64,000 nucleotides of DNA, taken from assembly GCF_009914755.1 (NCBI RefSeq), contig NC_060947.1; one strand, written 5' to 3'. Source of the DNA: the human T2T-CHM13v2.0 reference genome, Homo sapiens. The position numbers and the translations under genes are program-made. Positions 16,502 to 41,074 of the stretch are shown one piece after another. The notes under the pieces are model-generated. The model had not been told where the DNA came from, ran no database searches, and was given only the letters and a program-made list of their open reading frames with translations. Within the stretch, counting starts at the first letter, position 1. Every line of letters begins with the position of its first letter.

Positions 16502-16954
16502 CGAAGAGACTTTCTAGAACTGTCTAACGGAAGAGTTGAGGACTTTCTAGAACTAACGGAAGAGTGGAGGACTTTCTAGAACTGTCTAACAGAAGAGTTG
16601 AGGACTTTCTAGAACTGTCTATGGAAGAATTGAGGACTTTCTAGAACTAACGGAAGAGTAGAGGACTTTCCAGAACTAACGGAAGAGTTGAAGACTTTCT
16701 AGAACTGTCTAACGGAAGAGTGGAGGACTTTCTAGAACTGTCTAACGGAAGAGTGGAGGACTTTCTAGAACTGTCTAACGGAAGAGTGGAGGACTTTCTA
16801 GAACTGTCTAACGGAAGAGTGGAGGACTTTCTAGAACTGTCTAACGGAAGAGTTGAGGACTTTCTAGAACTGTCTAATGGAAGAGTTGAGGACTTTCTAG
16901 AACTAACAGAAGAGTTGAGGACTTTCTAGAACTATCTAATGAAAGAGTTGAGGA
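16502..16954. repeat. 33-bp minisatellite with 29-bp variants, 14 copies
   Basis: Unit aacggaagagtggaggactttctagaactgtct; cores from 16511 to 16923. Confidence 0.97.
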
Positions 16955-17393
16955 AAACCCAAAACTCCCATCGAGGGACCTGGCTCTAGTCTCCCGGAGG
17001 TAGGCGGGAACATGACTGTTATTTCACGAGTGGGAATCCAGTTAATTACATCTTTCTGAGTGTGTCGAGAGGCTGTGCTAATTAGAAGAGGATTCATATG
17101 ATGGATGTTAATAAGTTACATATGTTAACTCAATAGCCTCAGAGGCTCATGTGATTATGTATCTATGTATCTATCTATATATCACCAATCTATATACATA
17201 TATATATGCATGCAATCAATATATACATAATACACAAACTATATCATATTTTATTAGAGTATATTACAAGAATATATAAATCTTATATACATATGTTCAT
17301 GTGTCATTTATATATATTTGTGTGTGTATATGTGTGTGTGTATATATATATAGATATGTATATGTAAATGTAATCACATGATCCTTTGAGGAG

Positions 17394-17688
<295 letters not shown>

Positions 17689-17786
17689 TGAGGATATTGA
17701 GTTATTTTTACAATTCAATGATATTCTGCTGAGTGAATATTGTATTGTTTTATCTTTTATACATATATTGATGTGGCATATGTATA

Positions 17787-17838
17787 TGCCATTACTTTCA
17801 ATGGCAAAAACCACAATTCTTTTTGTACCAACCTGATA
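17787..17838. mobile_element. MADE1 (Hsmar1 MITE) half element
   Basis: tgccattactttcaatggcaaaaaccacaattctttttgtaccaacctgata matches the MADE1 centre and right TIR; left arm absent. Confidence 0.85.
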
Positions 17839-18248
17839 CCATTTATTTCACCTCAACCTCTATTGACACTAACTTCTTCTCTGGTCATATGTAGCGCCCC
17901 AGACAAATCTGTCTCCCAAGAGAGTGTATGACCACCCTGGCTGGATGGCACCAAATTAACGAGTAATGCGTGGGTCAGAAGTTGGTCTCTTGTAAGCTGA
18001 TACAACAGTTGATGGCTATACTATTCTTATCAATCCTAGCTTGTAAGCCTCCAAAACTGAGGATCATATGCTGGTTTCTGGTGACTTTATGCTGATAAAT
18101 ACCATTTCGTGCAGGTTTCATGGCTCGGGAGCACTGGAGATTTCACGATATTGAATTGTTCCTTCTGACTGAGCTCTGATTGAGCTAACTGATGCTACAT
18201 TTAATTTCAGGATGGACTGAATCAAACAGGCTTACTAATAAGAACAGG

Positions 18249-19352
<1,104 letters not shown>

Positions 19353-19724
19353 TTAGTTTAGAGCTTAGCAAGAACTTCTGGCTCATTAGCATTATGAGGT
19401 CATAGTATGAATTTCCAAGAGGGGTGTTAGGTTTCATGCTCTGGGTGTTGCATTGCTTGTAAACAGTTAGAAGATTTCTTCCAGTTGTGTCGTGAATGCA
19501 TCCCTAAAACAAAGCCACAGACTTCAACAAGAAATCCCACACATAAGAATGATGTGTGAGCTTCTTCCAAAAACGAGTGGCAGAAACTGAAGTTGCTCTG
19601 AGCTGCCAGAAGTCTGACAAACAGCCCACTGTCAATTACTTCTCATGGGTTTCTCGTTGCTTCGTGAAGGCTTATTTTAGCTTTCGGGAAAATCTGCGGA
19701 TCCCAAAATAAACGACTGCAATGG

Positions 19725-19867
19725 TGCAATGGGCTGCGGTAGAGGGAAATAGAGCCGTGTGGTTCGAAGGAGAAAGGGCATGAGTATGAGCTTAGTCACA
19801 GTGGGTTGCTGTGGAAGGAAATAGAGCCGTGTGGTTCAAAGGAGAAAGGACATGAGTATGAGCTTAG
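19725..19867. repeat. 72-bp tandem duplication
   Basis: ggaaatagagccgtgtggttc at 19745 and 19817. Confidence 0.9.
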
Positions 19868-20509
19868 CTGACTGGGCTTGAGTACCAAGGAAACTAAGCT
19901 ACCATAGACTTCACAATGAAGAAGAAAACGCAGGCGATGAACTCTTGCTCTTAGAAACTGCGAAAAAAGGATTAGGTCCCTAAATTGTGTAAGGCACAGT
20001 CAGGATTGTAGACAACTCACTGGGTCTTAGGAATCGTACCACGTGCCCATGGTTTGTTTAATTTTAACAAGAGAGAGTTGAGTGCAAAGGTATATGAGAT
20101 ATCCATTCCTATTTCTTTTCTAGCTTACTTAAAAAAAAATCAGGTAGAATCCATCCGGTAAAAAATGAAGTCAATGAGGTGAATGTCTGAAACCAGTGAA
20201 TATTTCAAATTTCTGTCCTAGTTGAAGATGACACAAAACATCAAGGGGACAGACACTCAAATGATACCCTCAGATGTTGAAATTTTATGAGACGGCATCC
20301 CAGCTAGTGATTTTATATCTGACATCAGACATGGCCCTAACAATACAGTTTAAAATCATTTTGGAAAAGTATTGAAGATGCCACAGTCTAATTCTCAAAC
20401 TGGAAAATATTCAAAGAGACCCATAGAGACCAAACTATATGCCAACTTTTCTTCCCCATTTTATGATCAGAATCACATTTTGTCTACCTTGACAGGGTGC
20501 CCTATCATT

Positions 20510-20824
20510 TAATTTTTTTTTCCTTTTTTTGGGGGGGGGGGGCGGGGACAGAGTCTTGTTCTGTCACCAGGCTGGAGTGCAGTGGTGCAATCTCGGCTCA
20601 CGGCAACCTCTGACTCCCTGGTTCAAGCGATTTTCCTGCCTCAGCCTCCTGAGTAGCTGGGATTACAGGCACCCACCACCACGCCTGGCTAATTTTTGTA
20701 TTTTTAGTAGAGATGGGGTTTCACCATATTGGCCAGGCTGGTCTCGAATGCTTGACCTCAAGTGACCCACCCTCCTCGGCCTCCTAAAGTGCTGGGATGA
20801 CAGGCGTGAGCCGCCACACCAGGC
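20510..20824 (-). mobile_element. AluS with a G-run at the tail junction
   Basis: Full dimer; G12-C-G4 from 20531. Confidence 0.92.
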
Positions 20825-21987
20825 CCAACATTCTTATTTCTTTTTGAATCCCTTTGTAACTGCTCTTTTCAAATCTTGAGTCCCCAAGTATGTGTCACCT
20901 TTACCTTACCAATTTTCATAAACTGTAAATCTCATAGACAGTCCATCGTAACCAATATTTCCCCATCATTGCAGGAAGCAGATGATGATCTATCTACTGA
21001 GGTCACCTGGGGAGAGTGTAATCGACATAAACAGATAGTCTCCCCACGCCAGCCTGACCTAACTCTCCATTGAGTCTGGCAGATGGATCTCAATGGCCTT
21101 CTCAACATTCACTAAGGCAAGTTAAGTATGAATGAATGAATATCCCAAGAGGAAAAGTCGCTTTGGTGAATTTTATGTTCTATTGTCCAGCATCCAGATA
21201 ACAGGCAAAATACAGAATATTTCCATGGAGATACGGTGCCTGCTTTTGCCTCCAATATGCAAGATCTTTCTCAAGAAAGAGAATTTAGAGTGCTCTTTGT
21301 TCTTCAAAATGGACATTCCAACTGGAGCCATTTGAGACAGTTTCACAGTAAGCTCTTCCTGTAAATATAAATGGGGATGTTTCATGATGCATCTCTCCAA
21401 TTATTTTCATCTGTGTGTTTAGGTGTCTGTTCTCTTGTCTATCACCAGGTTGCAAAGCAGAGCCTTTTCCGTCTGGGTAAAATGGAGACCACCCATCACA
21501 ACTACAAAATGTCAGATTGTATTAGCATTATCCAATAACCCCATGAGAAGGTCATTCATATTCATCAGCTATGCAGTTCAGTTTCCGGAAATTGTTAATG
21601 TACTCAAGATGCCAGCTTCCACATAGCCAACTGCCATCAGGAACCAGAGAGTCAGAAGCAGAGGAGAAAACTTATCAGATCTGGCAGGAGACTGTTACTG
21701 AGGTTAAAATTAGCCTTGGACGACTCACAGAAAACATTAATTGCTTGTGACTGCTAGATTTCTGTCAGTGGCAAAGGTTCATTATTACACAGGACACATC
21801 ACACTCTGAGCATCTGCCAATTTATTTTCTGCACGGACATTTGTTTATCCCTTCCCATGAGTGAGGCATGGTTAGGAGAGAAGAACTAAAACTGCATTCT
21901 CCTCAAGAGGTTGACATTCATGAATGAACAATACTTAAATCACCTATGTATAAGGGACCCATCTCATGTCTGGAATAGAAGTACGAC

Positions 21988-22300
21988 AGCCAGGTGCGGT
22001 GGCTCACGCCTGTAATCCCAGCACTTTGGGAGGCCAAAGGCAGGCAGATGACCTGAGGTCAGGAGTTCGAGACCAGCCTGGCTAACATGGTGAAACCCTG
22101 TTTCTCCTAAAAATACAAAAAAATTAGCCAGGCATGGTGGCGTGCTCCTGCAATCCCAGCTACTTGGGAGGCTGAGGCAGGAGAATCTCTTGAACTCGGA
22201 GGCAGAGGTTGCAGTGAGCCGAGATCGTGCCATTGAACTCCAGCTTGGGCAACATGAGTGAAACTCCATCTCAAAAAAACCAACCAAACAAACAAAAAAA
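21988..22300 (+). mobile_element. AluS
   Basis: Full dimer. Confidence 0.95.
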
Positions 22301-22419
22301 CCCAAATAAACCCACAAAAAAAGTTTGGAAAAAAAAAGTACAATAAAGGCGGTATTTCAGATGGGGGAATGATGTATATGGGGTTCAGAGGATCTTCAAA
22401 GAGAAAAATTTGGGTTGGA

Positions 22420-23210
22420 ACTTGAGTTCCTTTCCTGAACTTGCTGTAACAAATTTATACAAATTGGGTGGTTTACAACAATATAAATATGTTCTCTCAT
22501 AGTTCTGGAAGGCAGAAGTCTCAGATCAAGGTGTTGGGAAGCATGGTTCGTTATGAGGGTTGCAAGAGAGGAATCTGTCTCATGGCTATATCCTGGCTTC
22601 TAGTGGCCCCAGGTATTCCTTGGTGATATGGTTTGGCTGTGTCCCCATCCAAATCTCATCTTGAATTTCCACGTGTTGTGGGAGGGATTTGGTGAGAGGT
22701 AACTGAACCATGGGGGCAGGTCTTTTCTATGCTGTTCTCATGATAGTGAATAAGTCTCATGAGATCTGATAGTTTTATAAGGTGGTGTTTCCCTGCACAA
22801 GCTCTCTCTTTGCCTGTTGCCATCCATGTAAGATGTGACTTGCTTCTCCTTGTCTTCTGCCATGATTGTGAGACCTCCCCAGCCACATAGAATTGTAAGT
22901 CCATTAAATCTCTCTTTCTTTTGTAAATTGCCCAGTCTCGGGTATGTCTTCAACAGCAGTGTGAAAACAGACTAATACACTTGGCTTGTAGACGTATCAC
23001 CCTGATTTCTGCTTTTCTCTCCAACATGACCTTCATTTTGTGTCTTTTCATCTATCAGTTATAATGACACTTGTCATTGGAGGTCACACCCACTATATGA
23101 TCTCATCTTGCGATCTTTACCTTAACTGCATCTTCAAAGACCCTTTTCCATCATGAGGTCCCATTTCCCAGGTTATGAGGGTTTAGGACATAGACATATT
23201 TTTAGGGATA
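22420..23210 (-). mobile_element. MLT1 LTR split by a THE1 insertion
   Basis: ctctcatagttctggaaggcagaagtctcagatcaaggtg before, and ttggcttgtagacgtatcacc after, the THE1. Confidence 0.8.
22624..22979 (+). mobile_element. THE1C-like solo LTR
   Basis: tgatatggtttggctgtgtcccc...gactaataca; perfect TSD cttgg. Confidence 0.93.
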
Positions 23211-23543
23211 TGTGTATGTCCCAAAGGTCTGCACCCGAATGCAGACCTTGGGCAGAGTACAGTTGAAAGGGGAGAGAAAAATAAATACAGAAATGTTTAA
23301 ACCCATCAATCCTTTTAATTCTCCTTGGATTCTGAGAGAAGTATGGCATTTTGAGCATCCAAAAGCTACATAGAGACTTTATCGACAATTCTTAATACTC
23401 TCATGCTTTTCATTATGTCCAAGACTTTTGAGTGTGTTCATGATTGGCGTATGACCAAAATGTTAAAAGCTGCACCAACTGGTATTGACAACGTCTCCAT
23501 GTCAAAATGATTCATTAGAAAGGCCAAGAATATCACTGTTTAG

Positions 23544-24121
<578 letters not shown>

Positions 24122-25470
24122 CTTTCTTTTCATTTCTGTCTATGTGGGGCATAACAACTGCCTATTTAGAGATTCTCAACTCACTCTTTCCTGCAGTCCT
24201 GAGCCTCTGACTGTCTCCAAAAATGGTCTGAGCCTTGATTATATTCTGCTTCTCAGCTCTAAATAAACAGGTAACAGTGAAAGGATTCCAAGCCTGCAAG
24301 GAAAGGCTAACCATTGTCTAGTGGAACCTTCCTTTGCTGCACAGATGGAGAAATGCCTGCCATGAAGTTAGTTCTGTTCTGCAGAAATTTTTTTGATCTT
24401 GAAAATGCAAGTTCTGTTGAGGAGGTTGAGGTGGGGGAGTCAAGCAGGAGGTGTGAATGAGCAGGAGTTGGCAGCAAGTCCGGGTGCTGACAAGCGGAGA
24501 CTCAGAGATGCCAACCTCACAGGTGATGAATTGCTTCTATTACCCTGCAGAAATTTGTGACTTTCTAAATCCAATTACCCAACCGTGGAAAGTCCCCACC
24601 TTTTCTCTCTGACTTTGTCCCTGAGAGAATGAGCTTTGCTGGGTGGAGAAAAAGTTAGCAATGCCATGTGTGCTGGTGTCTTGAGTTTTGCGTATGACTC
24701 TGCTTCAACTTGCCTGGTGGTTTCATGCTATTCTGATTCCTCTACAATGTAATGCTTTGTGAGACGATGGCAGACACAAGGCAGATCCTCAGAATACACT
24801 CCCGATGACATTAGCTTCTTGTGCAATCAGCCAACACACAGAACATGAAGCTTGCCCCCGATGTTTGCCACAGCACAGGTTCAGAGCTTTAGGAGCTGGT
24901 GAAAAGTAATTCTCATGGTGGTCATGGAGCCACTGGGCATGATAGCTACGGGGGTGATATCATCCCAAAGAGATGAGTGTTGTTGAAATTGTCCCTTCAT
25001 CTCACCTCTCCCTGTTTGTCTAAGCCAGAAAAGATCCACCTGTGTGGGAATCATCCTGTACCTGGGATTTGCACCTATCAGTCATCCACCTGGCAAAGTA
25101 AAGCCGCTTAATGATGTTTCGTTGGATGGTCCTACAACTCAACGTCAACGATGAAACAGAGGCTGAAATGATTCCTAGCACTGTTGGTTCAGAACTTTTG
25201 GAGGAGACTTGTTCCCAAGGATAATGAAGACTCTCTCATCAAAATTCCTGGACTCTAAGATGTGCTTATGCAAGCCAACAAACCCTCGCCTCCTGAGGCA
25301 GCAAATGCATCATTAGGCAAGAGCTCTCTTGAGCACAGTGAGGCTCTCTTCCAAGTCATAAGCTGCAAGTAGAAAGCTGCCTAGACCATGTTCCTCACAA
25401 AGTGTTGACATGTCTCCAGTTAGCTGGCTAGAGATGATGAAAAAAAAAAACCCTTCAATATACACAATTA

Positions 25471-25913
<443 letters not shown>

Positions 25914-26117
25914 TCAATTTACACAATTCTAGTTTGGGTACAATTTCCATACACTGCTTTGAATGTTTGTTAAGAAGTATTCTGGGCCTCAAATGTGTTT
26001 CCAAATGTTCAGAGATGAGACGCATCTTTGTGGCTTGAAGATTCTCAATATCGACCCATTCTAGGTAGATGGGGACTTCTTTCTTGGATGGACACATGCA
26101 TTGGAGATCATAGTTAG

Positions 26118-26594
<477 letters not shown>

Positions 26595-26676
26595 ATATAT
26601 GTTTTTGTTTTTATTGATGAGCGTAAGATAGGTTTGAGGCCGTGAGCCCCCAAAAGCCACCCTCATGGAGAGTTTA

Positions 26677-27568
<892 letters not shown>

Positions 27569-27576
27569 TCAGATGA

Positions 27577-28077
<501 letters not shown>

Positions 28078-28105
28078 TAAATTATTGTTCTACCTATTCA
28101 TCTTA

Positions 28106-28439
<334 letters not shown>

Positions 28440-28709
28440 TTATTCCCCCGAACAATTCACTCAAGTGATGGGAGTTATTAGTGGGCTAGAGTTGGTAAGA
28501 ACCCTAAACCTCAGAGAGGGAGGATGTAAGGAGGCCACCTCGGCACGTTGGGCAGAGGCAATGTCTGTGCTGGAACATTCACAGCCTGTCCTCCCTACGC
28601 TGACTCACCACCTACACTCCCTTCCCCAAGGCTCTGGTTTGTCTTGACCAGTCTCTCATGCTGCTCAACTTCTGTGCCTGTTGGTGACATCAACCCCAGT
28701 GGGAAGCCA

Positions 28710-30155
<1,446 letters not shown>

Positions 30156-30382
30156 CTACTTAGCACAGGAAATTACCCTCAGAGCTGACCAACTCATTCC
30201 TGCCAGGCAGCCTAGGCAGGAAGCTCAGAAATGTGAACTCTGTTTTCTTCTCCATGGAACAAAGTTGCTATACTAGATCAGAGACATTGTCTTTAACAAC
30301 CAGAAACATTCACTGAACTGGGATTTGGTATCTCTGAGTGTTCTGCCTGAGGCATTTATGAGTGCCAAAAAGAGCAGCACAA

Positions 30383-30692
<310 letters not shown>

Positions 30693-30852
30693 TTACATTT
30701 CTTTGTGTGTTTTGTGGCTCTACTTTTCTTTAAAAACAGCTAGGAAACAAGACACGGGGAGTGGTAGTCATGGCAGATTTACAGAAGTGTAACGTTTCCA
30801 AGAAACTACTTTAAAAGAGAGAAGCACATTAGGGAAGACACCCTCTCGCTCA

Positions 30853-31287
<435 letters not shown>

Positions 31288-31400
31288 TCAAGGTAGGTCA
31301 TTCTCCTACTATCCAGTCATTAAAAGCCAGGCATTTCTGCTGCATGAGGAAAGCCATATGTGTATGATGAGCTGTTTCCAAAAATGAGGGATAAAGCAAG

Positions 31401-31943
31401 TGATATGGTTTGGCTGTGTCCCCACCCAAATCTCATCTTGAATTCCGACGTGTTGTGGGAGGGACCCTGTGGGAGGAGGTAACTGAATCATGGAGGCAGG
31501 TCTTTTCAATGCTGTTCTCATGACAGTGAATAAGTCTCACGAGATCTGATGGTTTTATAAGAGGGCATTTCCCTGCACAAGCTCTCTCTTTGCCTGCCGT
31601 CATCCATGTAAGATGTGACTTGCTCCTCCTTGCCTTCTGCCACAATTGTGAGGCCTCCCCAGCCACATGGCATGTGTGTCCATTAAACCTCTATTTCTGT
31701 ATGAATTACCCAGTCTCCCAAGTATGTCTGTATCAGGTACGTCTTCTCCTGAGTGGAAATAGGCATTTATGAAAGTAAAGGAGAACAGCATAGCTTCCAT
31801 TGCTTTGTGTGTTTTGTGGCTCTGGTTTTCTTTAAAAACAGCTAGGAAACGAGACATGGGGATTTGTAGTCATGGCAGATTTACAGAATTGGAAGACATA
31901 CCCAGGTATGTCATTATCAGCAGCATCCAAACGGACTAATACA
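31401..31943 (+). mobile_element. THE1C-like solo LTR carrying a ~165-bp templated insert (31737-31903)
   Basis: Termini tgatatgg and ctaataca; perfect TSD gcaag. Confidence 0.9.
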
Positions 31944-32107
31944 GCAAGACTCACTATGCATTAGAGCTACGCTTTAGAAGCACAAGTCCATGTATTTTGA
32001 GAAGACTGCATTCTTCCACAATTTGGTAGGGCTGAGGACCCCCTCCCCCTCCACCAAGCATCTCTTGAAAGCAGCTAAAGACTGTGTAAGGGTCCTTTGG
32101 CAGGGGA

Positions 32108-33017
32108 ATGTTCCTATCATTATTGCATTTCCTGATTTCTGTATGTGATGCTTTGACACTAGGGGGTCTTGCTGCCTCTAGAGAAACTGACCATCTCAGG
32201 GTTAGGCAATTTCTGGAGAACATGAACAACTCCTCTATGAGCATGTCTTTCATATGCAAAACAATCAATCTAGATTCCACACCCCAACAACATTCTGTGT
32301 GGGAGTCTCCCATCCCATGGCCACTCTCCACTTGCCCTAAGGTCCCCAGTGCCAGGTACCAGGCGAATACGGAGAGCCCCGGTATTAGTCTGTTTTCATG
32401 CAACTTATAAAGACATACCACAGGCTGGGCAGTTTACAAAAGAAAGACAGACTTAATGGACTTACAGTTCCAAGCCACACAATCATGGTGGAAGGCAAGG
32501 AGGAACAAGTCATGTCTTTCATGGATGGCAGCAGGCAGAGAGAGAGCTTGTGCAGGGAAATGCCCGCTTATAAAACCATCAGATTTTATGAAACTTATTC
32601 ACTATCACAAGAACGACACGGGAAAGACCTGCCCCCATGATTCAATTACCTCCCACTAGGAACCTCCCACAATGAGTAGGAATTCAAGATGAGATTTGGG
32701 TGGGGACACAGCCAAACCATTTCAGCTCCTGTACCCCCAGAGCTTGCTGAAATCATTCAAACTAGGCAATCCTAAACCTGCTCATCCTACCTCACCTGTT
32801 CCTTCCTACAGAAACCGCAATAAAGCCTCTCACCCATTTTTTTCTTCCTACTCCTTCCGTCTCCTGAGCTCCTCCATGGGGCCCTGCGTGATATGACACC
32901 CCCATCTTCTTGGGACCTTCTTGGGAAAGTAACAAAACTTTCTTCTCAAGAGCAGTCGTCTCCTGGTCTGTTGACCTTACTCTACCTAAATCATGATAAA
33001 GCCTATATTTTAAAACC
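32108..33017 (+). mobile_element. Old ERV LTR (LTR47-like) split by a THE1C-like LTR at 32381-32724 (-)
   Basis: gcatttcctgatt..tgtgatgctttgaca; catatgcaaa; aataaa near 32819; THE1 has near-TSD gcccc/gctcc; outer family name recalled, less certain. Confidence 0.65.
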
Positions 33018-33823
33018 ATTCCCTGCCCTGGATTTTCTGGTTGCAGCATCAAGAAGTTCTGCCTGTAGCAGATGTTATTCTGCCCATGACAACTCACGTC
33101 ACTCGACATCAGAATTTATCTCAGGAACCATCTGCTGCCAGCAGCTCCACACACATCAATCACTCTGAACCATATTGGGTAACATGGCTCCTTTTGGATA
33201 GCAAAAAAAGTTATGCAACCCCACATGATTGAAGGATATCATGCTATTCTTAGAATGAGAACATGCACAGTGCCTCCAAAAGCTACTATTCCTTTACTCA
33301 TAATTTATGACATATTTGTGTTTTATTTGCAAAAATGAATGACGATGCATTCAGATGAGACATGTATTCTACATTCATATTATCAATTCTATGGACTACT
33401 CTTGGGGTAGATAAAAATCCACAGTCCCTTGTGGCCATTTTTCACACTTTTCCTTGTTCATTTCTCACATTATGGGTCCACAGCCTTCTGACTGAAGACC
33501 TTTCCTTGGTATATTATCATCTACACTCACCGCCCAGTCTACACACAGCAGTGGAGATGCTATTTGCCCCACCAGGGACAAGGTTTAAAATCCAGTGTGC
33601 TCAGCTCGGAGTGTTACAACTGGAGCACTCAGGAAATCAATGCATGCAACAGTGGTGTGGAAACCCTGCCTGGCATTATTGAAAGAGGCCCAGAAGGGGA
33701 GAACTTGCTCGGCAGTAACTGTCAGACATAAGCAGGTTCTCATTTGCTCATTTTCTTTTTGAATAGATGCTCCCATGATTCAATTACCTCCCACCAGGTA
33801 CCTCCCACAACATGTGGGAATTC

Positions 33824-34168
33824 TGATGGTCTTATACATAGCAACTGTGATGACCTATTTCGGGAGCCTGACCTGGCCGGAGACTCCCTTCTGTCTTCTG
33901 AGAAGTTCAGAGGAACATCAGAGTTCAAGGTGGAGTGAGATCATGGCAGGAAGCCAAGGAGGTGGAGTGTATGGCTGTTTGGAGAAACTTCATCTTTCTT
34001 GGGGAGCTATACTCCCTAGGAAGAACTTCCAGTAAGTCGAGGGGATCCTGGTACACACTACAATTTTGTTCAATGGCTCCACGCACCTTTGAATTACAAA
34101 ATGTTTTGGTTCCGGCCAGGGCAGCCTCCCGTAAGAGGCCATCACAGTTGCTATTTATAAAACCATCA
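33824..34168. other. 58-bp inverted repeat with 229-bp spacer, next to a THE1 fragment (33770-33822)
   Basis: 33824-33881 matches the reverse complement of 34111-34168 at 51 of 58 positions. Confidence 0.9.
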
Positions 34169-34171
34169 AAA

Positions 34172-34483
<312 letters not shown>

Positions 34484-34496
34484 TCAAGGACAAAAC

Positions 34497-34700
34497 TTAC
34501 CAGTAGGTTAGGGACTAGAGCGAACCGGGGGTTGCTTGTTAATGAGTCCAAAGTTTCCATTTTGCAAACTGAAGAGAGTTCTGCAGATGGATGGTGTTGA
34601 TGGTTCCACAACTCTATAAATGTATTCAATGCCACTGTACACTTTAAAAAATGGTCAAGATGGTACATTTTATGGTATGCTATTTTACCACCATGAAAAG
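34497..34700 (+). mobile_element. L1MB-type 3' end
   Basis: gttctgcagatggatggtgttgatggttccacaac...aaaatggtcaagatggtacattttatg. Confidence 0.8.
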
Positions 34701-35843
34701 TAATTTTTCAAAGACAAATTAAGAGGAAAACTCATTAGCAAGTTCTAAGTCAGAATGACATAAAGAAGGCATTGAGGGTGGCACCAGGGAGCAACAGCTT
34801 TCATCTCAGACTTGGTATTTCTTCTGGAATCTACAGGAGATTTGCCCAGATTTTGCAACGTTAAGACAGAGCTTTACTACGTGCAGAACGGAGAGAAGAG
34901 ACAAAGCTTATTATATACGTTCACATGACTGGTTTCCAGTGGGCGCCATATTGGTGTATGATCTTCCAATGACTTTTTACCATGAGATTGCTGGAAGATG
35001 GAGAAAATAAAATGTCAGATGTGTATTTTCTGGGCAGAAGGGCAGACACCATGCACACAGAATGTCTTCAAGGCTTTCTTAAGAGTTCATCAAAAATAAA
35101 TAGGCTTTACAAATGCATCACTGTGCAAGAGTGTTGTATAAGGAATCACACATATTTTGCATTTGATCTTTCAAACAACACAGCAAAGGAGGTCTTATGA
35201 CTTCCATTTTCCATACAGATGAGTTTAGACGCACGCTTGAGAACATGTCATTCTACTGTGTCTGTGTTTGACAGCTCTGCAGAGCTGTGTGCTGGTCTAC
35301 AAGCAAAATTAAGTTGGCATCGAGCTCCAACAATGAATGAAGGGTACGTTTCTTGGGCCAATTTAGTCAAAGTGTCTCTGTTACCTGAGGGCTGCTTAAT
35401 GGCCTTAGGGAACGAGCTTTGGAAGCACCTGTTAAAGACAGGCAGAACGCTGCAGGAGGGATGCCTGTCATTCCACGGTGTCTGCCCACGCTGTGCTGGT
35501 CCATCCTAATGAGCACGGGCATTAGAACTCAAGACGGCACAAGCCCCAGGCAGCGGAGTGAGCGGCCTCCAACCTCATGTGTGCTGCTGTGCACAGACAG
35601 GATTTCCAGATACATCCTGCTTTTCAGCCACTGCCTCAGATGAAAAGCTGGCAGCTGCATACATTTTGAATAGAGAACAAGGGAAAATGATTTTAAGCGA
35701 TGCTTTCCGGCTCAGGGAATGATGTTGTTCCTTCCTACTGGGAGTCTTTCTCGAGTTTGTCTTCCAGGAGGCAGGTGAAGGTGAGAATTCTATACTGAAC
35801 ATTTGAGGCAGTCACTGAGAGCTTAAAAGTCTCCAGGGAATAC

Positions 35844-36142
<299 letters not shown>

Positions 36143-36610
36143 TGTCTCCAGGGAATGAATCCCAAGGAGCTCTGGGAGGCTCAGTCTTCCCCCAGGTATG
36201 TTCCTTCACATCCTCTTCCCCTTTGAGTCTGCATCTTAGCTGGTGGTTTTCTTCCACACAACTGGCTGTCGGGTATCTCTTGGGATTTGCATGTGCTTTT
36301 CTATCTGTGTTGCCTGTTCTGCTGGTCCACCTGATGAACACAGCCCCTACCATCTCCAACCTACACTTTCCCCCATAGGCATAACCTTCCCTGCACCTCC
36401 TGCACCTGTTGAGCTTAAATTAGTCAGAGACAACTCTCGCTATGGTGTACCTGTCCTATGGTCTAGGTAGTCACTCCTGAAAAAGAGGAACCTTTATTTA
36501 TTTCACTTTGTATCTCCAATCACATGAGGAATGCCAGAAAGTCCCTTGACTTGACTTAGAAACTGCTGATAACTTTGTTCTTAATTCCTCTGTAAAAAAA
36601 ATTATTTTTA

Positions 36611-36907
36611 GGCCACTTGCGGTGGCTCATGCCTGTCATCCCAGCACTTTGGGAGGCTGAGGCAGATCACTTGAGGTCAGGAGTTCGAGACCAGCCTGCC
36701 CAGCATGGTGAAACCCCGTCTCTGCTAAAAATACAGAAATTAGCCAGGCCTAGTGGTGTGCACATGTAATCCCAGCTACTCAGGAGGCTGAAGCAGAAGA
36801 ATCACTTGAACCCGGGAGGTGGAGGTTGCAGTGAGCCAAGATCACACCACTGCACACTCCAGCCTGGGACTGAGTGAGACTCTGTCTCAACAACAACAAC
36901 AACAAAA
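36611..36907 (+). mobile_element. AluS
   Basis: Dimer with (CAA)n tail. Confidence 0.93.
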
Positions 36908-36912
36908 TTCCA

Positions 36913-41074
<4,162 letters not shown>

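Noticed and set aside
16720-16929. Repeating peptide VEDFLELSNGR
   Set aside because: Follows from the 33-bp period; 29- and 32-bp units break the frame.
17787-17838. miR-548-type precursor from MADE1
   Set aside because: The left TIR is missing, so the long hairpin cannot form.
34941-35000. YY1-like CGCCATATT and an 8-bp stem atcttcca/tggaagat
   Set aside because: Single short motifs are expected by chance in 64 kb.
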